Of a DNA stretch of 64,000 nt, positions 25,001 to 35,735 are shown piece after piece. Position 1 is the first letter of the stretch, and every line of letters begins with the position of its first letter. The notes under the pieces are model-generated. The model was not told the origin of the DNA, ran no database searches, and worked only from the letters and a program-made list of their open reading frames with translations. Source of the stretch: Isurus oxyrinchus (Eukaryota); contig JANJGN010000089.1 of NCBI GenBank assembly GCA_026770705.1, positions 434,001 through 498,000 on the forward strand, in the 5' to 3' direction. A program made the position numbers and the translations under genes.

Positions 25001-27636
25001 AATGTTTCTAGGCCATTTTTAGCTGGATGTAATTATTAGACTTCAAGCGGGTGAAACAGTCTGTCTACTCTTGACTGGGAAACAGTCTGTCCACTCTAAA
25101 CTTAATTGAAGAAAACATCTCTCTATGTCTGGAGATAATACTGAGAAATGTTGCAAAATTTGATAATGTTTGATCAAATTTCGAGCACTATTTGAAGAGG
25201 TTCCTACAGTTGAGATAAAAAGATGTAGCGAGGATCATCTCCCGAATGTGCTGGAGGTTTTGCAGGCCGCTTTGTGGTGAGGACTGGCCTGTAGTCATTT
25301 TTTTTTTCTTGCTCTGCATCCAGAAAACAGGGAGTCCAATTTCTAGCCGAGGATGCATCATGCAGGCTGATTTAGCAAAGGGCCGAGTGCTGCATTACTA
25401 GCGGCCTCATCATGTGGAGGAGGTTTCAAACTGCAGTAGCCATGTCCCCCGCCTCCTTAAAGATCACATTCCAAGTTAAAAGCAGAGAATTATCTTACCT
25501 TTACGTATCAGATTAACAGACCATTTATTTCAAAGAAAATCCGAAAAAAAACATGATGTTTGCCTCAAGCCAGCTCTTCCCGCCACCCCCTCACCGTTTA
25601 CCCCTGCCCCCACAACCCCGCCGCCGCCGGGCCCTCTAAACCAACTCCATGCTGGCCTTGCTCCCATCTTCCCACCCCATATATTCGTACAGGCCTGGCT
25701 TCCTCTTCCCCATTTCCATGCTAGCCTGCCCACCCCTTTTCCAGAAGCTCCAATATAGGCCTCAATCTCTCGCATTCTCGGCCCCACTCACTCTCGATCC
25801 AATGGAGCAGCTCCACTTACTGATCACAAGCAGAAATGTGGCACACACCAGCACAGGAAGTTAAAAGGCCCCTGGAAGCAGCAGGTACTGAGGGAGTGGC
25901 TTCTGGACCACGCAAAGGATTTTTAATGTGACCATCTTTGTGCGGCTGGGAGGAGCAGAGGCCATTAGCCATCTTCCAAGGTATAGGCTGCATTCCCACT
26001 GCTTGTCCCGATGCAAGAGGGGATGAGATGATGGTTAGAAAACTATCAATACGCAGGGATGCGGGGAGAAGGCAGAAGAATGGACCTTGTTCAAATGTTT
26101 ATGTTTTAAAATCCTTTCTTGATTGTGATTCACCCTGTTATCACTTTCAAACTTTACCGAGCAGGAATAATTCCCCATTCACAACAATCCCTGAGCCAAA
26201 ACATTTCTAAAAGCGACAGATGAAACTTGAACAACCATCAAAGTAGATGGGGAAGTAAGGATCACACAAATGGAGTTAGGAAAGTTAGTTGTGAAGGCAA
26301 CGGAAGGATATAGATAGGTTACATCAGTGGACAAAAAGATGGCAAATGGAGTGTAAAGTAGGAAAATGTGAGTTTGACCATTTTGGCAGGACAAAAAAAA
26401 AGGGGCATATATTATGAACGGTGAGAGATTGCAGAGCTCGGAGTTACAGAGGGATCTGGGTGTCCTACTACATGAAAGATTTTGTTCCTTTCTGCTGTTA
26501 AACTGACGAAAGCCATTGAAATTCGCACTGTCCCGAGTGCCAGAATGGTTGTTCTTGAAAAGAGCCTCATTCGCTGAAAAAGCCTCAGTTTCGTTTTAAA
26601 ACTCTTTCACTTCTGCAGTGGTCACGCTGTCTCATACATTCACTGACCTGCTCTCTTGTTTTCGACTGAAAACTCAAAATCAACTCAATCTTCCCGTTTA
26701 ATTCTCACGTCAGATCTAGCTGCAGAGTGATCCTATGACAGGGAAATCATTTTGTTTTACACAAGATGGGCACAGAAATCAGGCGTTGAGAGCGGACACA
26801 GAAACACAGGAACATCATTTTAACCCGCCAGCCCCTTTCACACACTCTGTCTTCCATAATGTTCACAGCCAGCAATATGTATAATTAATATGAAAATACA
26901 AATGTTGTGCTCTGGCCCTTCAGTAAGCGTATTCCACGTTGTTTTATAGGGCAAGGGAGAAAAGGGAGAGAGAGCGGAGAGAAAGACAAAGTCAGGGTGA
27001 GTTCAGGCAGTGCGACACAGACAGTCAGGCAAAGTATCGGTTGCAGAATACGTTGTTGAATCCAGTTTTACGAAGGTACAATTGGAAAGGTAGAAAATGC
27101 TGTCTCATTTCTCATTGATATTTTACCAGGGAAAAATACATTATTAATCACACACTCAGGGTCAGTGCCAGAGAATTACCTAAAGCCTCATATTTAACCC
27201 CGTTTTCCCTGTTGTAATCTCTGCAGTCTTACAGGTGAGAGTTGCTGGGTATTGCTCTCAGTAACGGAGAGTTTCACTTCGATTAAATGAATCTGGTGGT
27301 CTCCCTGTCAGATATTAACTATTGCATGGCTCCAACAAATCACTCCCTCTGTCATTCCTCCCATGTTTCTGCAGGATTGCTTTGTGAAGATGGGCTCGTG
27401 AACAGCAAATCCCCTGCAGAGAATGATGCCAAACTGGAGTTCGTAAATTGACAAGCCCTTCACTTTTCAATGCTCTGTGATCTTTTCCCATTCCCAATCC
27501 TTTTGCTCAGATAGTGATCTAAGTGAATTGCAGAAAATGTTGATTTTATTTGCTGATTTGCAGCAGACATCCACACATGAGGTATTTGGTGCCACCTGAA
27601 CGCTGATTGTTCGTGAGTCAGAAATTGACAGATACA

Positions 27637-27838
27637 GAATCAATCCCACACTCACGGGTAGTAAGTGAGACTGATATTTACACAACTAATCCCACAAACA
27701 TAGATAGTACCAGAGACTGACATTGATAGAATGAATCCCACAATCGCAGGTAGCACCATAGAGTGATATTTACAGAGTCAATTCCACAATCACAGATAGT
27801 GCCAGAGATTGATATTAATAGAATCAATCTGCACTCAG
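27637..27838 (+). repeat. 46-bp minisatellite, about 4.5 units (paralog of 18615-18955)
   Basis: Unit starts at about 27637, 27683, 27729, 27775 and 27821. Confidence 0.85.
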
Positions 27839-28473
27839 ATGAATAGTGAAACTTTCCAGGATTACAGGGAGCAGCAAACCATGAATTGCACCTTCAGAGG
27901 GCCAGCACAGATTGGACAGTCCGAATAGCCTCTTTCTGTGTTGTAGCTATTCCATGATTCAAATAGAAAATTATTGGAAGAACTTAGTAGCTCTGGAAAT
28001 GTTGACGTTTCGATAGCAGATCGTTTTATTAAAACTTCAATCGACTTGAAGTGTGAATCATCCATTCATCTCTCCACAGATGCTGTCGGAGCACAGATGA
28101 GTGTTTCAGCAAATACTGTCATTATTTCAGATTCCCAAATTGAGCAGTGTCTCGCTTTTTGAACAATAAAACAATCCCTGTGCAGGAATTCATATTCCAA
28201 TAATAAATGGGAAGCAACAGAGGGGGAAATTCAGATAATTGGCGAGTTTTACTAAATCGGAGTAATTCTATCCCTGCTCAATGCTACAGTTCAGGGAAAG
28301 TCTTCATTATCAGCAACGAGGAATAAACCTGAGTTACATTTTAAATGGATGAGAAGGTTGGAAATATTTTTTATAAAAATTGAACCGGCTCGTATTTTTG
28401 GAACAGAATTTCACCGAAACAGATCACATTCAGCTGCGAACTTCATATCTCAGGGGTTTAGAAACTAACAGAC

Positions 28474-28545
28474 TGCGGCAGCCGAGAATCGAACCCGTGT
28501 CAATTACTTAGAAGAGAGTTATGCTCACCACTATACCACCATCAC
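28474..28545 (-). pseudogene. tRNA-Gly(TCC)-derived pseudogene, copy B
   Basis: Reverse complement GTGATGGTGGTATAGTGGTGAGCATAACTCTCTTCTAAGTAATTGACACGGGTTCGATTCTCGGCTGCCGCA. A and B boxes are kept but the acceptor and anticodon stems are disrupted. Confidence 0.85.
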
Positions 28546-29386
28546 TGGCTGCCAAGGGCGAAATGGACCGGAAAGTTCCAAGCCTCTGAACAAGGGTTTT
28601 ATCATTAAAAAAAAAGCAAAGTTAACGTTGAGCCACTGAAGGAGATATCACATGGATCAGCACAACTGGATCCTCCCCCTCCCATTCCAGGTTCCGCTCC
28701 AGCCTTAAAGCGGGCATTTTGCGAGCAGCAGGACTTTCAGCTCTTAGCTCAAACTGCAAAGATTAGTATCTATATGCCTGACTATGCAGTCCTATTCTAC
28801 AGCTAATTTCAATCCTTTACTTTGCCTACTTGAATAAGACCCTTTAGGACTGCATTCATCCACGGTGTGGTCACTGCTCTCTTTTATGTAAGCTGCAAGC
28901 AATTACTTCCTGTTGGACAAGCGCAAGGGTTGAGGCTCCTCCATTGCTACTTGCTGGATCCAGTTACTTGCCTCACTGGTAGTCACACCCTCCTATTTTT
29001 GACCGCACACCAATTCTGAAGTACATACGGATATCATCCTTAATGTTCTAATCCTGTCACATGAAGCGAATGCGCCAGGTATAAGTGAGAGGTTCTGTTA
29101 TTAGTTGAGGAAATGGTGGTACATTATTAGTAAGCATATAAAAGAATTGGTTTCCACCCATGTGGATGGAAGGACAATTAAGTTTGTGTCGGTGTTCTCT
29201 GGGTTTTGTGACTAAACCAATGTTAAGAAAGACTGGCTCCATATTCCTCCTTTACTCAGGAATGAGTATCAAATTGTACCATGGTTCCAGAGAATGAACG
29301 TCGAGCTGTAGTGGCTGTAAGCTGAATAAGCATTCTTTGTATCTATTTCTGACAGAGGTATTGCTCCAGGAAATCTCTGGTGAAAA

Positions 29387-30385
29387 ATGGCTGAAGCCAG
29401 AAGCAAATTTTCACCCTTTGATTGCAACTATTTTTCGGTAATTCGAACCGTAGAAGCAGTGGAAAATGAGGTGGAAATGTGGACTTGAGTTACCTCGTTT
29501 TCCAAGAGGAAGAAGGGCACCGCTTTGAATTCGGCAGCACCAGGAAACAGTAAGATTAGGAGTCAATTATTTTTGGAGCTGGTTTGGACACTTAGGAGGG
29601 ACTAACTCTTCTATGGCAACTGTTGGATAGGTTTTATATTGAAGGTGATTTGTTAGAAGTCTAGATAGCGTGGTCAATGTTTGATGAATTTGTGATGACA
29701 GACCATCAGTCCATGGAATAGTATATTCTGGAGTTTAATAGATGTTATGAGAGATTGACAAAGTTTGCCCTAAATGTTTCGAGTCTGTGTTTCTATTTGT
29801 TATGAGATTGTACCCAAATTTTACATATTTCTAGCACTGATAGGTTTTCCATTACATGGAGCAGACTTTTTTAGAACAAATGGCTATTTTCCTGAAAAAA
29901 GGCGGGAGTTCATTCATTTCAGACAATTTTCAGTTTAATTGCAGATACTTCTGCATTGATTAAAAGTATGGAGGCCTCAATGATTGCTGAATTTCGAGAT
30001 CGACTGAAAGTAGGTGCTGACATCAGTGCAACTACAGAGTTACTGATAGGCAGACTGAAGATGGCTGCACCTTTAGCCAATTTTGGAATACTGAGCAAAT
30101 GTAGGCCTGGAATGGCAGTGGAGACGCTTTAACCCTAGAAATTCATGAGGAATGATAAACAGTTGTTTGTTGTGATTCCCAATATATTGTCAAAAGCACA
30201 ACAATCGAGTCTTTTAGGCAACGTGTAAAATGGAGAAGACCGATGTTGAGTATGATGATGATTGGCCTGGGAATTTGTATTCGTTGATGGAAGATTGAGG
30301 CGGAAATGAGCATTTTGGTAGATGTGCAGTGCTGCAGGGTGATACCAGATTCTGCCTTGCATATTCATATGTTTTGTGGTGTAGA
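29387..30385 (+). mobile_element. Decayed LTR retrotransposon gag to protease (copia-like)
   Basis: Piecewise translation 'MAEARSKFS..ENEVEMWT*VTSFSKRKKG..KIRSQLFLEL..AWSMFDEF..HQSME*YILEFNRCYERLTKF', followed by weaker zinc-knuckle-like and protease-like remnants. The family is assigned from memory of shark copia gag. Confidence 0.65.
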
Positions 30386-30389
30386 GACA

Positions 30390-31935
30390 GAAACAGAATT
30401 ATTACAGTGCAAGAATTCGGCCATTAGGCTCATCGCGCCTGCAGCGGCTCTGTGAATGAGCACGTCATCTAATGCCATTCTCCTGCCTTCTCCTCGTAAC
30501 ATTGAAAACGTTTGTTTTCGAAAAAAATACCCAATTCCCTCTTGAATGCCTCGATTGAACCTGCCTCCACCACACCTTCATGCAGTGTGTTCCAGACCCA
30601 GCCACTCATTGGTTTAAAAAGTTATTTCCTCATGTTACTTTTGTTTTGTTTTACCAATTATCATAAATATGTGGTCTCTTTCTTTATATTCCTTCCAGCA
30701 ATGGGAACACTTTATCCCTAACTTACCTCACCAGTCACCTCAGGGTTTTGGATACTTCTATCAAAGCTCCTCCCAGCTTTTTTTTATCCAAAGAAAAGTG
30801 TTTCAAATTCTCTTACCTCTCTTCATAACTAATGAATCCTACACATTATTCCCGTATGCCTCTACTGCTCTCTCTCTCTCTCTCCAATGACTTAAATCCT
30901 TGCCAAAATGTGAGGCCCAGGACTGACCGCAGAACTCTAGTTGAGGTCTAAGTAAAGCTCAACTTAATCTCAATGCTTTTCTACTCTATGTCCGTATTAA
31001 TAATGGCGAACAAACCTTATACTTTATTAACTGCCCTCTTAAACTATCCTGCCACGTTTAACTATATTTACACATATACACCTATATCCCTCTGCTCCAG
31101 AACCTCCTTTGCACTTGTATGCTTTACTTTATATGCTCTTTTTACCAAAGTGTACCGGCTCACATTTCTCTACTTTGAATTCATCTGCCACTTATAAACC
31201 AATTCCAACAACTTGTATATGTCCTTTTGCAGCTCTAAGCTGTACTCCCCACAAGGCTTTCAAGTTTTGCATCGTCCGAAAATGTTGAAATTGTTCCCTG
31301 TGCACCACGGTGTAGATCATTAATCTTTTTCAGGCGAAAGCAAGGGTGCCAGGTGGACGTCTGGGGAACTCCAACATAAGCCATCCTCCAGCCTCAAAAA
31401 CATGCACAAACCATTACTGTCTGCTCCCTGTCACACAGGCAATTTTGTAATCAAGTTGTTACATTTACTCCATTAGCAACATTTTTGCTCTCACATGACT
31501 GTTGTGTGGCACTGTATCAAATGTGTTCAGGAGTCCATGTACATCAACAACTTTGCCTTTATCGACCCTGTGTTTTACTTTAAAAAAAATTCAGTAAGTT
31601 AGTTAAATATGATTGCGCCTTCAGAGGTCTATGCTGGTTTCCTTAAATAACTCTCATTTGTCTACCTCTATTCATTCTGTCGCTAATTGTACTTCCTAGA
31701 AGTTTCCGATCAGCGAATTTAAACTGACAAATCTGTAGCTTAATCCCTTATCAATGTTAAGTCTTTTGGTGACTTTTTTTCACTCCTGTTTCAGTATGGC
31801 CTAGCCAGCATATTCTTCCTTCCTAAAATCAGGTGCAAAGCATTCATTTATTATCTCAGATGCCTTGCACTCCCTGCAATCCTTTGCCCCCGTGTGTAAA
31901 TCCTCTTTCCGGTCCCTAAGCAGCCCTGCCCTCCT
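30390..31935 (-). mobile_element. 5'-truncated CR1 LINE
   Basis: CR1 3' tail 'gaattattacagtgcaagaattcggccattaggctcatcgcgcctgc' followed by reverse transcriptase remnants (reverse of FSDDAKL at 'ttttgcatcgtccgaaaa'). Confidence 0.85.
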
Positions 31936-32395
31936 TCTACAGAGGAACAATTTATGATGGATCAGGGGTTACTTGCCGATAGAAAACGTTGCCAAAAACC
32001 TGTCAGGACGTCCGCGCAGTTTGGGATGTGTAACAGGAACTTAAATTCACTGCACTGGACATTGGAAGTTTTGGGACCTTAGCTGTTTACTAAACTGGCG
32101 CTTCTTATTGCAATTCCTGCCGTGCAACGTCGTTAAGGCCAACACAGAGAGGTTTTCTCCACTGTTGCAACATGTTAATGCCACGTACCCTGAGAGGCAA
32201 GCGCGCTGCAATAGGAAGAAACAATTCTAATCCCCGTGGAAAATCAGCAAACATGAAACACATGATACAAAATGGGACAATGTTTTATGATATAATTTAA
32301 ATAAAACAACATATTGTCGTGGCAGCAGAAAGGGCACATTCAAACCTGGAACACTGGCGAAAATTTAACTATGGTCAGAATAGGAAGACTTGGTT

Positions 32396-33300
32396 TCATT
32401 TTGCATTTTTTATCAATATCAGAATTATTGTCCAAGGAGATTTCACTATTTTCTTCTGCTCCTCCCGGAATTTACTTTGTGTAGCTGCATAGATAAACGT
32501 GTTTGTGCAGCAACTCAAATACATGAGCATTTGTCCAGTTTGAGTAGCGATGTATGCAGGAGCTGTATAATGCGGTCGTACATGAATGACCATACCACTG
32601 ACTAATGTACAAACGACTGTTGTCAGCCACAACAGTATAAAAGTTCCCGATACAGTGAACAGTAATATAATCGATTTTCTTCTGTTCTGTATTTCCGGAT
32701 CACTGTGATTCTCGCTGCTGTGGCCCCGGAGATCCCTCCGGGCTCGACTGGATAATAAAATCCGTCTGACCGTCAAACAATTAAAAAGTAATATCAAAGT
32801 GAAAGGAATCCAAGTCAATAAAATACTTTGTAGCCAAGTAAATGTTACACCAAAAGGAGATGTATAAAATTCCAGGCTGGGTTGGAAACCCCAGTGAACA
32901 TTGTCAATTATTCGCATAGGTTCAAATGCAAACCAAAAGGGGATGCACTGTAAACATGAGAGGACAGAGATTGCTGTTAGAACTGTCACCGCAGTTCTCA
33001 CTGTGCAATACCTTGCCTTAAATTGGTGACTACAGATAGACAGAAATCGGTCAAATGTGAAGGAGACTGTAAACCATACCGTTAAGTACAGGTTGACATT
33101 ATTTGTGTACATTATGAACTTGCAAATGGGTGTATAGGACAGGATTATTTGTGGAAAATGCTTACTCAGGATGTTATACACGAGAACATTATTGAGCATG
33201 ACCAGTAAATCAGCTATTGCCATGGACACCATATAGAAATAAACACATTTTGCAAGGCCGCAGGTTCCTCTGGAGAGAATCACGATTGTCATCACGTTCG
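32396..33300 (-). CDS. GPR139-like class A (rhodopsin-family) orphan GPCR, coding exon 2
   Basis: Uninterrupted ORF with hydrophobic TM segments and motifs MAIADLL (TM2), TFDRFLSIC (DRY variant), RRKSIILLF and SCCTNTFIYAATQSKFR (NPxxY variant). Strong acceptor CCTCCCCCCTTTTCCCACAG at 33301, phase 1. Confidence 0.92.
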
Positions 33301-33499
33301 CTGTGGGAAAAGGGGGGAGGAAGTAGGTAACATGGACACTCACAAACATTTCACACAATATTACAAGAAATAGTACTGTGCATTTCTACCTAGCGTTATA
33401 TACACCTATCGATTTATAATATTGTAAAGTGTTCACGAAATTCCTAAAATAAATAAAGGAATATGCACTCTAGTGTGCTCATTTTCAAGAGCAGTATTT

Positions 33500-34347
33500 T
33501 TGAGATGGCCCCTTGCTGAAGCAGAGACCGGAACGAGGTTTCTGGCGGTGGGAACCACAAATTGGACACCAGACTTCTGAGAAATGAACCTGTGCATGGA
33601 ATTGGTAAGGAAATGGAAACTAATTAGGAAGTATAAACAGATTGGGAGATAGGATTTTAGTCTGTGGTCAAAACAAGCAGGAGTGTAAAAAATTCAATTG
33701 CTTTTCAGCAGAAGCGATGCAGGCCCAAGCGCTCTCGCTGAATCTGTGAATGGGAACCATCTTAAAAGCCTGAAACCTGAGACAATCTGTGAGCCAACCA
33801 GGCAAGCTGAAGAGCTGGGAGTTATTTCTTTTTAATCAGAGCTGATCATACTGTGTACCAGAGAGCCTTTGAATGGTGGGATGACAGTGCCTCTGGGAAA
33901 ACTCTGCCATCAGGAGCGTTGTGACCCGAGTGAAATATGCTACACAGAAGTGTGCCTTGTTGATGATTATTATACCCGTGGAGCTTGGATGGAGTCAAGT
34001 GGCTGTTGGAGATCACTTGAGAATCAGACCCTGTGGGAAGAAGAGTACTTGAGCACTGTTGGAGCAAGGTGGAGTTGTGAGAGACATTGGGACTGAACAC
34101 AGAGCCAAATATGTGCTGAGGACTAGCCGAGAAATCCATCAGGCTTACCATTGTTGTATCAGCTACTACAACTATAATAAACGCTTTCTACTGAATACAA
34201 TTATAAATAGATTATTTTTTTTTGCCTATGGTTTATTTTTTACAATAAATGTTAAAAGAAGTGAAATCTTGTCCATTGTTTCCTTCCATCGAATCCTTTG
34301 AGAAGTTCTTTTCCATCAGGTAATTGATACTCAAGTGGACTGTAACA
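33500..34347 (+). mobile_element. Probable solo LTR inside the GPCR intron
   Basis: TATA-like 'gtataaacag' at about 33632, AATAAA at about 34244 and an end in '..TGTAACA'. The 5' boundary is uncertain. Confidence 0.4.
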
Positions 34348-35528
34348 CTATGCACAGGGACTGGGACTCTGTCGTCCTCCCGGTAAATTTCAGTCTGATG
34401 TTTTCATGGTGCTGAGAGAAGGGTCACTCAAATTCAGTTCACAGGATGGCAACGTGGAATCGCTCCAAGCTGCTCCTACTCCCACCGACATTTATGCATT
34501 GATGCCTCAACTGGAGCTAATGTTGACTTCGGTTAACAGTGTAAAACTGGCAAAATCTGATCAACCGTCCGTCAAACATCTCTCGTGATTCCCTTTCAAA
34601 GACCATCGCCACTGGCATTGGATTGAGGCTCAATTTACATTTAAACTGTACAGTGCAGGTCTCCCGTGAGTACCTCATAGAGACAGTCCACTTACCGATA
34701 AAAATTTTCGTAAGGGGAAAATAGGATATTTCTATAAATTGTTGTATTTAAATGGTCAAATAATAAACAGATTTCCTGACATATAACCTACCTGTCATCA
34801 GGCCGTTCCCGTGTGATACATCGAGTGAATTTGATAAATTGCCATGAGGCTCCATGTTACACTAAAGAGAATTTTACAACCGGTTTCTCCTGATTATTTG
34901 GCGATGGGAATCTCGGGAAGGACACCAGATGCCAGCGGTATTCAATATAATTTCCAATCCATTACAGGAAGCAATAAATTGAAATAAAATATTCAGCTGA
35001 AGAAAACAACTATCCAATTGAATTCAACACATCGCTCTTTGACTTTTTATAATCGGTCTGATGGACCCGGTCATGAACTAAACAGGAACAGATGGATCTG
35101 CAAAGATTCTTTGCGAGGGAGGAATGAGGAGCAGCTTCCTTTTCCTCAAAATATTTTCCTGTTCCCTGCTGGGCGGAGGACGCTGCAGTACTTGGAATTA
35201 TCACTGTAATGTCGACAATGGGCAACAGGACATATGAGATTGCTTTTATAGACACTAAGCAACACATTCTTTAATGAGCTATGAACTGTTGGAGTGGCGG
35301 CAATTCAAACCCCCTCTCCTTCAGTGTGAGGACGAAAATTCAACTCCAGGTGCCCACAATCTGCCGAGCAGAACCACGGCTCACAGGCCCTGTGAACAGC
35401 TATATTTCCTGTTGATATTCAGCAATTCATCCCGGTATGATATGACTGGGCAGTGAAACATTCCCGCAATCAGCCACATAATCACTAGCAGTGAAATAAT
35501 CAGCAGTTACCAGGCAACAATGACTTAC

Positions 35529-35598
35529 CGGGAATACCAAAGGCTGCGAGAATTGGGTAGTAAATTTGCTTTACTTGTAGAATCGTTGGCCGGATCAT
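35529..35598 (-). CDS. GPR139-like GPCR coding exon 1 (MIRPTILQVKQIYYPILAAFGIP)
   Basis: 70 nt ending at a G|GTAAGT donor. The phase-1 join with exon 2 gives G+CG=Ala and restores the TM1 'GIPAN' motif. Total about 324 aa; an alternative in-frame ATG lies at 35643. Confidence 0.88.
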
Positions 35599-35659
35599 TT
35601 TTGTAGAAGAATGCAATAGATCACTCAGTTTTCTGAATTGCATTAAAGATCCGCAAATG

Positions 35660-35735
35660 TTTCCCCATTTATAGGCCAATTCGTGTCGTGGTGAGGATAT
35701 CAGCTTACACAATAGTTTGTGTTATTTATAGTCAC
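35660..35735 (-). promoter_or_regulatory. Candidate core promoter of the GPCR with two TATAAAT boxes
   Basis: TATAAAT on the minus strand at 35673-35667 and 35730-35724, with a CCAAT at 35676-35680. Confidence 0.45.

Larger units (their letters stand above)
22970..28650 (+). repeat. Segmental duplication of about 5.7 kb, copy B (paralog of 13740-19775)
   Basis: Collinear with copy A. It lacks the H3.3 retrocopy and carries about 600 extra bp at about 26710-27310. Confidence 0.92.

Noticed and set aside
33301-33358. N-terminus 'MCEMFVSVHVTYFLPPFPT' of the 320-aa ORF
   Set aside because: This is intron read-through across the polypyrimidine tract; the real N-terminus comes from exon 35598-35529.
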